This document shows, piece after piece, positions 10,752 through 20,949 of a stretch of 64,000 nucleotides of DNA. Source of the stretch: an uncultured Methylomirabilota bacterium (lineage in GTDB: Bacteria > Methylomirabilota > Methylomirabilia > Methylomirabilales > 2-02-FULL-66-22); contig OY970067.1 in NCBI GenBank assembly GCA_963705305.1, positions 1,792,001 through 1,856,000 of the forward strand, read 5' to 3'. Made by a program: the position numbers and the translations under genes. Within the stretch, counting starts at the first letter, position 1. The number at the start of each line of letters is the position of its first letter. Below the pieces are notes generated by a model. It worked only from the letters and a program-made list of their open reading frames with translations. It ran no database searches and was not told the DNA's origin.

Positions 10752-11315
10752 TTAGTTTCCGGGAATCGAGTGCCCACTCTCCTCGGGAACGGGCGTCTTG
10801 ACCGACACCGCCCAGTCCCGCTCCGGATCCTCCATGTCCAGCTTGCGGATGCCGCCCGGGAACCGCTGCTGTAGCTTCTCGTATTCGTGCCACACGTCGG
10901 GGTCGGGATGGCGCCAGTCGTGGAGGTAATAGACGGCCTTGATCCGGGCCTGCAGCAGCTCCTTGGTGCAGCCGAAGCACGGGCGCATGGTGGTGTAGAG
11001 GATCGCCCCCTCGACGGGGATGCCGAATCGGGCGGCGGACAGCAGGGCGTTCTGCTCGGCGTGCACGCAGATGCACAGATCGTAGCCCTTGCCGGCCCCG
11101 TATTTCTCCCGGTTCGCGCAGCGATCGCACCCCCCGTCCTCGCAGTTGACCATGTCGGAGGGGGTCCCGTTGTAGCCCGTGGACACCACGTGCCCATTCA
11201 GGATCAGCACCGCGCCGACGTGGTTGCCCCGGCAGTTGGCGCGGGCCCGCACCGCCATGGCGATGCCCATGAAGTACCGATCCCGATCCAGACGCGGCTT
11301 GCCATCCGGTGTCAT
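10752..11315 (-). CDS. dCMP deaminase / ComEB family
   Basis: YFMGIA, TGYNGTP, VHAEQNAL, PCFGC. Confidence 0.92.
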   Translation of the reverse strand: MTPDGKPRLDRDRYFMGIAMAVRARANCRGNHVGAVLILNGHVVSTGYNGTPSDMVNCEDGGCDRCANREKYGAGKGYDLCICVHAEQNALLSAARFGIPVEGAILYTTMRPCFGCTKELLQARIKAVYYLHDWRHPDPDVWHEYEKLQQRFPGGIRKLDMEDPERDWAVSVKTPVPEESGHSIPGN

Positions 11316-11390
11316 GTCCGCCTCCCTGGCTGCATCTGGCGGCCGGCACGAATGCCCCCGCCCTCATCCCACCCCACTCCGAACATATGT

Positions 11391-11473
11391 CACCGCCAAG
11401 GCGCCAAGGAAAAATCCGAATTTCGAAGTCCGAATTTCGAAATTGAAAGGGGCTATCTTGGCGTCATGGCGGT
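11391..11473 (-). repeat. Intergenic repeat unit, copy 2, with palindromic arms (REP/MITE-like)
   Basis: Arms ACCGCCAAGGCGCCAAG (11392-11408) and CTTGGCGTCATGGCGGT (11457-11473) enclose heptamer repeats. Confidence 0.8.
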
Positions 11474-11763
11474 CGAGAAGTTTTCCGGTTCAAGGCCCGC
11501 TCGGCGCAGCCGGCCACAGCGACGGGGCTCCGCGCGGCCCTGGACACAAATCGGTCTGGAAAATGGGCAGCCTGCCTGCCCAAAGATGATATCGGCAAGA
11601 AGTCCGGAACGGGGCGGGATCGCCCGATCCGCCGGAACGGATCCGGATCGCGCGGTCCCGCCTGCCGGCCTCGAGATGGATATGGCGGCGGAGCATGCCC
11701 GCGGACATCCCCCGGTTCCGGGACCGGAGCGGGAGAACCGGTCGGCGGGCACGCCACCCCTCG

Positions 11764-12231
11764 CTAGCCGATCTGCTCGACGAGGTAATTCTGAACCCCG
11801 ATCTGCTTGATCTGGTCCAGCTGGGCCTCCAGCCAGTCGATGTGCGCCTCCTCGTCCTTGAGGATGGAGACGAGGAGCTCCCGGCTGCCGTTGTCTCCTG
11901 CCTCCATCGCTAGCCGGATCCCTTCGTTATACGACCGCACCGCATCATACTCCCCCTGCACGTCGTTCTTTATCTGGGCCTCGACATCGGGGCCGATGGC
12001 GATGGCGTTCAGCTTGCTGACGGTGGGCGACCCCTCCAGGAACAGGATGCGCCCGATCAGTTTCTCCGCGTGCTTCATCTCGTCGATGGCTCGCTTCTCG
12101 TTGGCCTTGTGGAGCCGCTCGTAGCCCCAGTTGTCGCACATTTCCGAGTGCACCATGTACTGATTGATGGCGGTCAGCTCTTCGGCCAGGAGCGCGTTGA
12201 GCTTCTCGATCACCTTCGCACTGCCTTTCAT
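11764..12231 (-). CDS. bfr: Bacterioferritin
   Basis: ELTAINQYMVH, DEMKHAEKLIGRILFLEG, DEEAHIDWLE. Confidence 0.96.
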   Translation of the reverse strand: MKGSAKVIEKLNALLAEELTAINQYMVHSEMCDNWGYERLHKANEKRAIDEMKHAEKLIGRILFLEGSPTVSKLNAIAIGPDVEAQIKNDVQGEYDAVRSYNEGIRLAMEAGDNGSRELLVSILKDEEAHIDWLEAQLDQIKQIGVQNYLVEQIG

Positions 12232-12292
12232 CGGGTCCTCCTCTCAGGGGAATAGGGTGAGGTGCGGTGGAAGGAACAAATCGCCTCGCCGC

Positions 12293-12661
12293 TTACGCGA
12301 TCGTGAATCCACCGGCACGGCAGAGGGCGACGCACTCCTGCACCAGGCGTTTGCGGCTTCCGCTGAAGTACTCCAGGGGAGCGTCCGTCTCGCCCCCCTG
12401 CGGCTCGTCGTCCGCGAGATCCTTGTGGGCCCGCTCCAGGGCCACGCCCAGATTCCGCGCATCCGCGCTCAGCACATGCTGGGACTCGCCGGTCCCGTAC
12501 CGGCCGTCCCAGAACTCCGACGAGATCGCTTTCGGCTGCCCGCGGATACGTACAGACGCTACCAAGAGAGCGGCAATGTCGTCAAGGAAAAGAGGCGGGC
12601 GCAGCCTGAATCCCGCGCGGCGCCCTCCGTATGCGGGATCGATATCCGGAGGCCCTTCCAA
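12293..12661 (-). CDS. Hypothetical protein
   Basis: ORF fills the gap between co-oriented genes; start uncertain. Confidence 0.35.
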   Translation of the reverse strand: MEGPPDIDPAYGGRRAGFRLRPPLFLDDIAALLVASVRIRGQPKAISSEFWDGRYGTGESQHVLSADARNLGVALERAHKDLADDEPQGGETDAPLEYFSGSRKRLVQECVALCRAGGFTIA

Positions 12662-12796
12662 TCGGGCGGAAGGCGCTCTACCGACGGCCGGGGATGACCG
12701 CCCGCCCCCGGGCGGCAGGGGGCCGCATCATAGGAGCGTCGCTGTGGGAGGGGGACGGGGCGGCGGGACCCGGCCCGAGCGCGCATCGTCCGGCGG

Positions 12797-13570
12797 CTAG
12801 GGGGCCAGCTTCCCCCCGCCCTGCTTGAGGAGACGGTCGATGTAGGCGGAGATGAGGTCGGCGGCTCCCTTTTCGACGCCGACAAACTCCATCCCGGTGC
12901 GGTAGATGACCTTGCGCTCTCCGCCGGCCACCGTGACGCGGTGGCTGGCGAACGCCCGGACCGCCCGGGCGAGCACCTGGACCCGCTGTCCATCCACGGC
13001 GAAGGACAGCCGATAGATCTCGCCGGGACGCACGGGATCGGTGTGCTCGACCAGGGCGCCGGAAAGGCTGATGTCGATGAGGCTGACTTCCATGAGCTGG
13101 AGCTGGGCAGGCGACTTGAGGCGCATCCGGACCCGAGCCGCCCGTCGCCGCTCGTTGGCCGAAGTGCGGGGATCGGGAGGGAGGCTGGCCACCCTGACCT
13201 TGGTCAGCACCCGGCTCATGCACAAGGCCAGCTCGTCCAGATCGACCGGTTTCCGGACGAAGTCATCTGCCCCCTCGCGCAGCGCCCCGATGGCGTGATC
13301 GATCACCGAGGTGGCCGTGACCATGATGATGGGAAGGCTGGGCCGGCGATCCTTCATCTTCCGCAGGACCTCGAGACCATCCATCCCGGGCATGATGATA
13401 TCGAGAAGGACGATGTCCACGGTCTCCGTCTCGAGAAGAGACAGGGCGGTCTCACCGTCCTGCACCAGCAGGGGGCGCATGTTCAGACGCTCGCTGACAA
13501 AGTCTCCCAGGACGGTGAGGAAGAATCGCTCGTCATCCACCACCATGGCCGTACTCATGGCCGTATCCAT
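12797..13570 (-). CDS. Response regulator receiver + PilZ domain protein
   Basis: VVDD, LLDIIMPGMDG, FVRKP; ERRRAARV and DISLSG PilZ motifs. Confidence 0.9.
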   Translation of the reverse strand: MDTAMSTAMVVDDERFFLTVLGDFVSERLNMRPLLVQDGETALSLLETETVDIVLLDIIMPGMDGLEVLRKMKDRRPSLPIIMVTATSVIDHAIGALREGADDFVRKPVDLDELALCMSRVLTKVRVASLPPDPRTSANERRRAARVRMRLKSPAQLQLMEVSLIDISLSGALVEHTDPVRPGEIYRLSFAVDGQRVQVLARAVRAFASHRVTVAGGERKVIYRTGMEFVGVEKGAADLISAYIDRLLKQGGGKLAP

Positions 13571-14367
13571 CGGGCGGTGACCTCCTGTCGGCTTGGGGGC
13601 TGATCTTCTGCCGCCGACGGCCCACTGTGGGATGCCTTCGCCCCGGTCCGCAGCGCCGGCAGACGCCGGTGGGCGCGGCAGAAACGCTAGCGTGCAGCTT
13701 GGCCAACTGTCAAGATGAAAACGCAGCCCCCGCGCGCCCGGCGAGGGGGCCGCCTCCGGCCTCCGCCGATCCGATTCGCCGCGCCGCCCTCGCCGGACTC
13801 GACCGGAAGGACGCTGTCCGCGTCGTGCGACCTGAGCGTGGAGGCCCGAGGGGGCGGCCAACCGCCGGGCCGACCGGATCCAGACACCTCCATGGGCGAT
13901 GCCGGCGTTGGACTCTGACGGGGGATACGGGCGGAAAGGGGGGGAATCGTCAGGCGAAAGCCACGCGGCTCACCCGGAGAAGCCGTGGGATGGCCCGACC
14001 GGGACAGGTGCTGAATTACAGCCAAAAAGCGCGCGGCGGCCGGGACCGCGTGGCGGGGAGGGGGAGGGTTTCCACACGATCCCGACCGTCGCGACACGGG
14101 CAAGGATTCGCATGAGGAACAGCCCGCCCGCTGGCTGCGAACTATACGTGCCGCCCACATGGCTGCCAAGGAAAGAATTGTGATATGTATCCCAACCTGA
14201 ACAATGCGTCCCGGGCCTCCGTACCCCACGGCCGATGAGAAGGGGCGACGCCTCCCCTTCCCGCCGTCCGGGCCGCGCCGGCTGGAGAAAGTGCTGGACG
14301 GCTCCCCCGGTTTATTGGTATGTGCAAGGGACACCAGCACATGGCTCAACCTTCTGGAGGGTGCGGC

Positions 14368-15165
14368 ATGGGAACACATCTCTTCGATCTCACCGGACGA
14401 GTGGCCGTCGTGACCGGCGGCGGGACGGGGTTGGGAAGGGGCATGGCGGAGGGGCTGGCACAGGCGGGCGCACTGACAGTCCTCGCCGGCCGCCGACAGG
14501 ACGTCGTGGACCGGGCTGCGGCGGAGATCCGGGCGGCCGGCGGGAAGGCGGAGGGGGTCGCGCTGGACGTGACGCGGTTCCGGGAGCTTCCGGCGTTCTT
14601 CGAGGCGGTCAGCAAGCGCCACGGTCGGCTGGATATTCTGGTCAACAATGCCGGTACGAACCGGCGGGCCCCCAGCTGGGAGTACACGGAGGCGGATTGG
14701 GACACCGTGATGGATTTGAACCTCAAGGCCGTCTTCTTCTGTTGCCAGGCGGCGGCCCGGATCATGAAGACGCGAGACGGCGGTAAGATCATCAATACCG
14801 CCTCGCTGGCCAGCACCGTCGCCTCCACCAACCAGGCGGCATATGCCCCCAGCAAGGCCGGGGTGAAGATGCTGACCCAGCACTTGGCCTTCGAGCTGGC
14901 CCCGTTCCGGATCAACGTCAACGCCATCGGCCCGGGATGGTTCCGCACACCCCTCAATGACGATCTCTTCCGGAATGAGGCCTGGGCCCGGGGCGTCCAG
15001 GCGCTGATTCCCTGGGGTCGGATCGGCACGCCACAGGACCTGATGGGCGCCGCGATCTTTCTGGCCTCGCCGGCCTCCGACTATCTCACCGGGCAGGTGC
15101 TCTACGTGGATGGCGGCATGCTGGCCGGCTACCGGGTCCCTCTCATGCCGGCGGCGGAGGCCTGA
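14368..15165 (+). CDS. SDR oxidoreductase (gluconate 5-dehydrogenase/KduD-like)
   Basis: TGGGTGLG, NNAG, YAPSK, NAIGPGWFRT. Confidence 0.88.
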   Translation: MGTHLFDLTGRVAVVTGGGTGLGRGMAEGLAQAGALTVLAGRRQDVVDRAAAEIRAAGGKAEGVALDVTRFRELPAFFEAVSKRHGRLDILVNNAGTNRRAPSWEYTEADWDTVMDLNLKAVFFCCQAAARIMKTRDGGKIINTASLASTVASTNQAAYAPSKAGVKMLTQHLAFELAPFRINVNAIGPGWFRTPLNDDLFRNEAWARGVQALIPWGRIGTPQDLMGAAIFLASPASDYLTGQVLYVDGGMLAGYRVPLMPAAEA

Positions 15166-15238
15166 TCCAGCCCCGCTCGGCCCGGCCGGCGCGATCACGT
15201 GCAGCCGGCCCGTCCGCATTGAGGCCTGCGGAGAGCAT

Positions 15239-15925
15239 ATGCGCATCTTCGACATCACGCGGCCGATCTATCATGGCATGCCGGTCTACGAGGGAGACCC
15301 CGAGGTGGCCGTCCGGCCTTACGCCGTCCTGGCCGACGGGGCGCCCGCCGCCGTCTCCCACCTTTCCATGGGGACCCACACGGGCACTCACGTGGACGCG
15401 CCGGCCCACTTCCTGTCCGGGGCGCCGGGCGTGGACCGCCTGCCCCTGGAAGTGCTGGTGGGGCCGGCCCGCCTCTACGATCTGCCCGGGCCGGGCCACA
15501 TCGGGGCCGCCAGCCTACGCGACCTGGACCTCCGATCCTCTGCACGTCTCCTGCTCAAGACGCCCAACTCCCGTCAAGCCTTCGAGGGGCGATTTCGCCC
15601 GGACTACACCGCCCTCATGGGTGACGCGGCGCATCTTTTGGTGGAGGCCGGCGTCAGGCTGGTCGGCCTGGACGGTCCGTCGGCCGATCCGTATGCCTCC
15701 GAAGAATTCCCCGCCCATCGCATCCTCTTGCGGGCGGGCGTGGTGATCCTGGAGAGCCTGGACCTCTCGGCGGTGCCGCCGGGGGAGTACGAGCTGCTCT
15801 GCCTCCCACTGAAGATCCGGGATGCCGACGGGGCACCGGCCCGCGTGCTCCTGCGCGATCCGGTCCCCGCGGACAATCCGGCGGGAGGCCCGTCCGAATC
15901 CCCCGGCCGGCATCCGAAGGCATGA
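15239..15925 (+). CDS. Cyclase family (kynurenine formamidase-like)
   Basis: Intact HTGTHVDAPAH; DGAPAR. Confidence 0.88.
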   Translation: MRIFDITRPIYHGMPVYEGDPEVAVRPYAVLADGAPAAVSHLSMGTHTGTHVDAPAHFLSGAPGVDRLPLEVLVGPARLYDLPGPGHIGAASLRDLDLRSSARLLLKTPNSRQAFEGRFRPDYTALMGDAAHLLVEAGVRLVGLDGPSADPYASEEFPAHRILLRAGVVILESLDLSAVPPGEYELLCLPLKIRDADGAPARVLLRDPVPADNPAGGPSESPGRHPKA

Positions 15926-17364
15926 GCATGCGGCGCACCAAGATCGTCTGTACCATCGGACCGGCCACCGCCTCTCCCGACCGGATTCGCGACCTCATCC
16001 AGGCCGGCATGAACGTGGCGCGCCTCAATTTCTCCCATGGCGCGCATGAGGAGCACGCGCAAATCATCGCCCGCATTCGCGAGGCTGCCGCCCAGGACGG
16101 GACGCCGGTGGCGATCCTGCAGGATTTGCAAGGGCCCAAGATCCGGCTGGGGACCTTCCGGCAGGGACGCGCCCAGCTGGTCGAGGGCACGGACTTCACC
16201 CTCTCCACCCGTCCGGTCGAAGGCACGGCCAGCCAGGCCAGCACCACCTACGATGGGCTTCCCCGGGACGTGAAGGTGGGCGATCGCATCCTGCTGGCCG
16301 ACGGCGTCATCGAGCTCCGCGTGTTGGAGGCGGGACGGGAGACGGTTCGTTGCCGGGTCGTGGCGGGCGGGGAGGTGGGCGACCACCAGGGGATCAATCT
16401 GCCCAACGTCTCCGTCAGCATCCCGTCCGTGACCGACAAGGACCGGGATGACCTCTCCTTCGGGCTGGCGCAGGGAGTGGACGCGGTGGCGGTCTCCTTC
16501 GTTCGGGGCCCCGGGGATGTCCGCGAGGTCAAGGAGTTGATCGCGCGGGCCGCGGGGGACCTGCCGGTGATCGCCAAGCTGGAAAAGCCCGAGGCCATCC
16601 AGCACTTGGACGGGATCCTGCAAGTAGCGGACGGCATCATGGTGGCCCGCGGCGACCTGGGGGTGGAGATGCCGCTGGAGGAGGTCCCCCTCATTCAGAA
16701 GTCGGTCATCCGGAAAGCCCGGGAGCACGCCTTGCCGGTCATCACCGCCACGCAGATGCTGGAATCCATGATCGCCCATCCCCGCCCGACCCGCGCCGAA
16801 GCGTCGGACGTGGCCAACGCCATCCTGGATGGAACCGATGCGGTTATGCTCTCGGCCGAGACGGCCACAGGAGAGTATCCGGTGGAGGCCGTCCGGGTCA
16901 TGGCCCGGATCGCCCTCGAAGCGGAGCGGGCGCTGCCGCAATTCGTGGAGGCCCGGGCCCTCGCGCGCGTCTCCGCCTTCCCCGATGTGATCAGCGAGGC
17001 GGCCTGCCGCGCCGCCAGCGAAGTCTCGGCCCGGGCCATCGTGGCCTTCACCCAGAGCGGCTTCACGGCACGCCTGCTCTCGAAATACCGGCCGCACGTT
17101 CCCATTCTCGCGTTCTCCCCGTCGGACGCGGTGCGGCGACGTCTGTGCCTGCACTGGGGGGTCGTCCCCATGATCATGGGGTACGTCGAAGATCTCGACG
17201 AATTGGTGGATCAGATCGAACGCACCCTCCTCGGCCAACGGGCTGTCGCGAAGGGCGATCCGCTCGTCATCGTGGCAGGCGCCCCTTTGCGGGTGCGAGG
17301 CATAACCAACTTCATCCGGCTCCACCAAGTCGGGGGGCACGGGGACCCGCTCCGCAGCCCGTGA
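15922..17364 (+). CDS. pyk: Pyruvate kinase
   Basis: TKIVCTIGPA, ARLNFSHG, DGIMVARGDLG, ATQMLESM. Confidence 0.97.
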   Translation: MSMRRTKIVCTIGPATASPDRIRDLIQAGMNVARLNFSHGAHEEHAQIIARIREAAAQDGTPVAILQDLQGPKIRLGTFRQGRAQLVEGTDFTLSTRPVEGTASQASTTYDGLPRDVKVGDRILLADGVIELRVLEAGRETVRCRVVAGGEVGDHQGINLPNVSVSIPSVTDKDRDDLSFGLAQGVDAVAVSFVRGPGDVREVKELIARAAGDLPVIAKLEKPEAIQHLDGILQVADGIMVARGDLGVEMPLEEVPLIQKSVIRKAREHALPVITATQMLESMIAHPRPTRAEASDVANAILDGTDAVMLSAETATGEYPVEAVRVMARIALEAERALPQFVEARALARVSAFPDVISEAACRAASEVSARAIVAFTQSGFTARLLSKYRPHVPILAFSPSDAVRRRLCLHWGVVPMIMGYVEDLDELVDQIERTLLGQRAVAKGDPLVIVAGAPLRVRGITNFIRLHQVGGHGDPLRSP

Positions 17365-17442
17365 CCCGCTTGGGGGTGACGCCCGACAAGCCACCGGATA
17401 TACTTCAGCGTCTGTGCAGTGTTCTCACAACCCGAGAGGGAC

Positions 17443-18228
17443 ATGGCGGCATCCTCCATCTCGCCGCGGGCCTCTGGCCCGTCGCGGACTCGCAAGCGTT
17501 GGTGGTGGGGAGTGGCGGGGATTTGCGGCCTGCTGGCTTTGGCAGCCCTGTTGTACTTCTCCTTTTCCAGCAACCCCGCCGTCGCCAAGTACCGGACCCT
17601 GGCCCGCTTTTACTCCAGCAAACGGAAAATCCAGGCGTTCCTCCAAACGTTCGGCCCATACGCTCCGCTGGTGTTCATCCTCCTCCAGGCGCTCCAGGTC
17701 ATGATCGCTCCCATCCCGGGAGAGCTTACCGGCTTCGTGGGCGGCTACCTGTTCGGAACCGGACTGGGCTTTTTCTATTCGACCCTCGGGCTCACCCTGG
17801 GCTCGGCTTTGGCTTTCGGGATGGGGCGCTGGCTGGGCCTTCCGGTGGTGCGACGCCTCATCTCCAAGCAGGTCTACCGGAAGTTCGACTTCCTGGCCCG
17901 GACCGGCGGCGAGCTGGCCACGTTCCTCTGCTTTCTCATTCCCGGATTTCCCAAGGATTTCCTCTGCTTCCTGCTGGGAGTGAGCCCCTTGCCGTTTGGG
18001 ACATTCCTGGCCATCACGATCTTTGGGCGGATGCCCGGCACCTGGCTGCTGTCGGTTCAGGGGGCCAACGTGCGAAGCGCCCGCTACCTCGAGTTTGTCG
18101 TCATCCTGACGGCCACCGCCGGCTTGGCTTTCCTGGCCTACATGGTTCGGGGGCGCATCTCCCGGTGGATTCGGGAGCACCACGGCGGAAAGGCCTCCCA
18201 AGACGACGCGGGTGATGAAGACTGGTGA
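17443..18228 (+). CDS. TVP38/TMEM64 (VTT/DedA) membrane protein
   Basis: QVMIAPIPGE, FLIPGFPKD, GRMPG. Confidence 0.88.
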   Translation: MAASSISPRASGPSRTRKRWWWGVAGICGLLALAALLYFSFSSNPAVAKYRTLARFYSSKRKIQAFLQTFGPYAPLVFILLQALQVMIAPIPGELTGFVGGYLFGTGLGFFYSTLGLTLGSALAFGMGRWLGLPVVRRLISKQVYRKFDFLARTGGELATFLCFLIPGFPKDFLCFLLGVSPLPFGTFLAITIFGRMPGTWLLSVQGANVRSARYLEFVVILTATAGLAFLAYMVRGRISRWIREHHGGKASQDDAGDEDW

Positions 18229-18363
18229 GCGCGCCCCGCCCTTGCCGGCGCCCGGAGAGCCGCCCTCCGCGCCGGCAGATCTTGCCAACTTCGTGTTCCT
18301 CACGTATAAGAACCCGTGGATCCGGTGCACGGACCGCGACATCGCGCCTCTTGAGGACAGCCG

Positions 18364-20181
18364 ATGACGACCCGACGTGTCACGTTCATTTCCCGGGGAA
18401 TCCCTCACAGCACCGAGGCCGATGCCACGCTGCTGGATCTGGCGCATCGCGTGGGCCTGGGGCTTCCCTCGCTGTGCGGAGGCCGCGGCAAGTGCGCGAA
18501 GTGCCGCTGCGAGCCCCGGGGGCCCGTGACCCCGCCGACACCCCTCGAGCGGGAATTGCTCACCGACGCGGACCTGGCCCGAGGAATCCGGTTGGGCTGC
18601 CAAGCCCGTCCGATGGGAGAGGTGGAAGTCCTCCTGGAAGAAGAAATCTTGGACAAAGGGGGATTCATCGAGGTCCCCGTCGAGCCGGAGCCGTCACTCC
18701 GCAAGGTCTATCTGGAGCTGCCCCCCCCGGCACTCCACGATGATCTGGCGGACGTGGAGCGCATCCGGAAAGCGCTGGGGGGTCCGGTCCAGGTTGGGCT
18801 GTCAGCCCTGCGCACCCTGCCCACCATCCTCCGGCGGGAGGCATTCAAGGTGACGGCCGCCCTCTGGGACCACGGGACGCACGGGGAGGAGCTGCTGGCG
18901 GTCGAGGGGGGCGACCGGCGGGAAGTCGCGTACGGCATCGCCTTCGACATCGGGACCACCACCGTGGTCGGATACCTCCTGGACCTCTTTTCCGGACGCG
19001 AGGTTGCCCGGTCCTCCCGGCTCAACGGGCAGCAGCGCTGGGGGGGCGACGTTCTGTCCCGAGCCAGCCATGCGCTGGAGGGCGACCGCGGCCTGACCGA
19101 GGTTCAGGCCGCGGTGATCGAGACCCTCAACCAGATCATCGCGGATTGCTGCGAGGCAGTGGATCCACGCCACGTCTATTGCGTGACCGTGGTCGGCAAT
19201 TCCGTGATGCACCACCTGGCCCTGGGCATTCCCCCGTCGGGCATCGTCCTCAGCCCGTACCTCCCCGTCACCCGCGACGGCGCCATGGTCCGGGCCTCCG
19301 ACCTGGATCTCGCCCTGCCCAATGCCCTGGTCGACTTCCTGCCGTTGATCGGGGCGTATGTGGGGGCGGACCTGCTGGCGGTCCTCCTGGCCACCGGACT
19401 GGATGAATCGAATGCAATCAACCTGGCCGTGGACATCGGGACCAACGGAGAAATGGCCGTCGGCTCCCGCGACCGGATCCTGGCCTGCTCCGCTCCGGCG
19501 GGTCCCGCCTTCGAAGGGGCAGAGATCCGGCAGGGTATGCGCGCCACCACCGGGGCCATCGACCGCGTTCGGATCCGGGACAACGTCCGGGTGTGGACCA
19601 TCGGCGATGTGCCGCCCAGGGGGATCTGCGGCTCGGGCCTGATCGACGCGTTGGCCGAGATGGTGCGCTGCGGCATCGTGGATCCCGGCGGGCGCCTGTT
19701 GCCCCGTCCCGCCCTGGAGGGCCGCCTGGCGCCGAAGGTGCTGGAGCGTGTGGTGGGGGAGAAGCATTCCTGGAAGTTCGTTCTGTCCTGGGATCCCCTG
19801 ACGGCGGTCAGCCAGGAGGATGTCCGGCAGATCCAGCTGGCCAAAGGGACGATTCTGTGCGGGATCCGCATCCTCCTGGAAGAGCTGGGAATCGAGCCCT
19901 CCCAGATTGCGGAGGTATTCCTCGCGGGAGCCTTCGGCAACTACGTGGACAAGCATAGCGCCCTGGGGATCGGCATGCTCCCTTCAGCCATCCCGGTGGA
20001 GCGCATCCAAGGGGTCGGGAACGCCGCGGGCCAGGGATCCCGCATGGCCCTGCTTTCGAGATCCATCCGCCAGCGCGCCGAAGGATTGGCGAGGCGCGTC
20101 TCCTACTTCGAGCTCTCCAAGCATCCACGCTTCGAGGACGTGTTCATGGACTCCCTTCGCTTCGAGAGCCGGGAGCGCTGA
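18364..20181 (+). CDS. 2Fe-2S / ASKHA (DUF4445, RACo-like) corrinoid reductive activator
   Basis: CGGRGKCAKC, RLGCQ, DIGTTT, DIGTNGE, GPAFEG, GICGSG, LAGAFG. Confidence 0.9.
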   Translation: MTTRRVTFISRGIPHSTEADATLLDLAHRVGLGLPSLCGGRGKCAKCRCEPRGPVTPPTPLERELLTDADLARGIRLGCQARPMGEVEVLLEEEILDKGGFIEVPVEPEPSLRKVYLELPPPALHDDLADVERIRKALGGPVQVGLSALRTLPTILRREAFKVTAALWDHGTHGEELLAVEGGDRREVAYGIAFDIGTTTVVGYLLDLFSGREVARSSRLNGQQRWGGDVLSRASHALEGDRGLTEVQAAVIETLNQIIADCCEAVDPRHVYCVTVVGNSVMHHLALGIPPSGIVLSPYLPVTRDGAMVRASDLDLALPNALVDFLPLIGAYVGADLLAVLLATGLDESNAINLAVDIGTNGEMAVGSRDRILACSAPAGPAFEGAEIRQGMRATTGAIDRVRIRDNVRVWTIGDVPPRGICGSGLIDALAEMVRCGIVDPGGRLLPRPALEGRLAPKVLERVVGEKHSWKFVLSWDPLTAVSQEDVRQIQLAKGTILCGIRILLEELGIEPSQIAEVFLAGAFGNYVDKHSALGIGMLPSAIPVERIQGVGNAAGQGSRMALLSRSIRQRAEGLARRVSYFELSKHPRFEDVFMDSLRFESRER

Positions 20182-20363
20182 TAAGGCGGGGCCGGGTTCG
20201 GGCGAGCGCTACGGAGTCGTGGGGCAATCCAGCCGGGAGTACACGGGCGGGCAGGGGCGGGTCCCTGGTGCGGCGACCCCAGGCATTGAGGGGGCCTGCC
20301 GCTCCCGGCCAGGTGGAGGACGCTTCGCCCTCCGCCCAGGGCGGAAGGCCCGGCGACAGTCCG

Positions 20364-20576
20364 TCAGATCGAAAAGAATAGGAAGAGGGCGAGGGCCACG
20401 ACCGTCACCCCCGAGCCGATCAGGATGAGCGGGGCCGGGTTGCCTCCCACGTTGAAGAGGATGGGGACCGCCACCACCACGCAGCCCAGCAAGGCGACGA
20501 TCAGCGACACCAGTCTGGGCATGTTCTTCTTTTTCGGCCCTGCCTGCGGCTGAACTGGTTGTTGTGCCTCTGCCAT
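20364..20576 (-). CDS. Small two-TM membrane protein
   Basis: GGAGAG RBS; two hydrophobic helices. Confidence 0.6.
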   Translation of the reverse strand: MAEAQQPVQPQAGPKKKNMPRLVSLIVALLGCVVVAVPILFNVGGNPAPLILIGSGVTVVALALFLFFSI

Positions 20577-20736
20577 AGCTCTCTCCTTGTCGCGTCACCC
20601 CATGGGAGTCCGGAGCAGAGACGGCCGGCTCGCCCCGGAAGAACTGTATATCACAGATCCGGAATCCCTCAAATGCCGATGTGTAAAATCCCCAATGCCG
20701 AGCGACCGCCCGGATCGGCGCGCGGCAGGTGCGCCG

Positions 20737-20949
20737 CTACGAGGCGCGATCCCGCGCCGCATTCGCCACGCCCTCCTCCAGCCGCTTGATTGCCACCATC
20801 AGTGCATCGAAGGGGCCCATGACCTGATCCCAGCTGCCGGAGACCGTCCCCGTCTGGATGGCCCGGACCAGATCGTCCCGTCGTTCCAGGAGCTCCAGGA
20901 GCAGATCCACTTCTATGGGTATGGCGGGTCGTTCCAGCTCCCCGGTCAT
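20737..20949 (-). CDS. Hypothetical protein
   Basis: Abuts the upstream gene's stop; helical acidic ORF. Confidence 0.55.
   Translation of the reverse strand: MTGELERPAIPIEVDLLLELLERRDDLVRAIQTGTVSGSWDQVMGPFDALMVAIKRLEEGVANAARDRAS

Noticed and set aside
13900..14030. Possible c-di-GMP-I riboswitch (GAAA and GCGAAAGCCACG elements near a PilZ gene)
   Set aside because: Cannot build the P1 stem or the GGCAAA start, and it points away from the PilZ gene; needs an Infernal search
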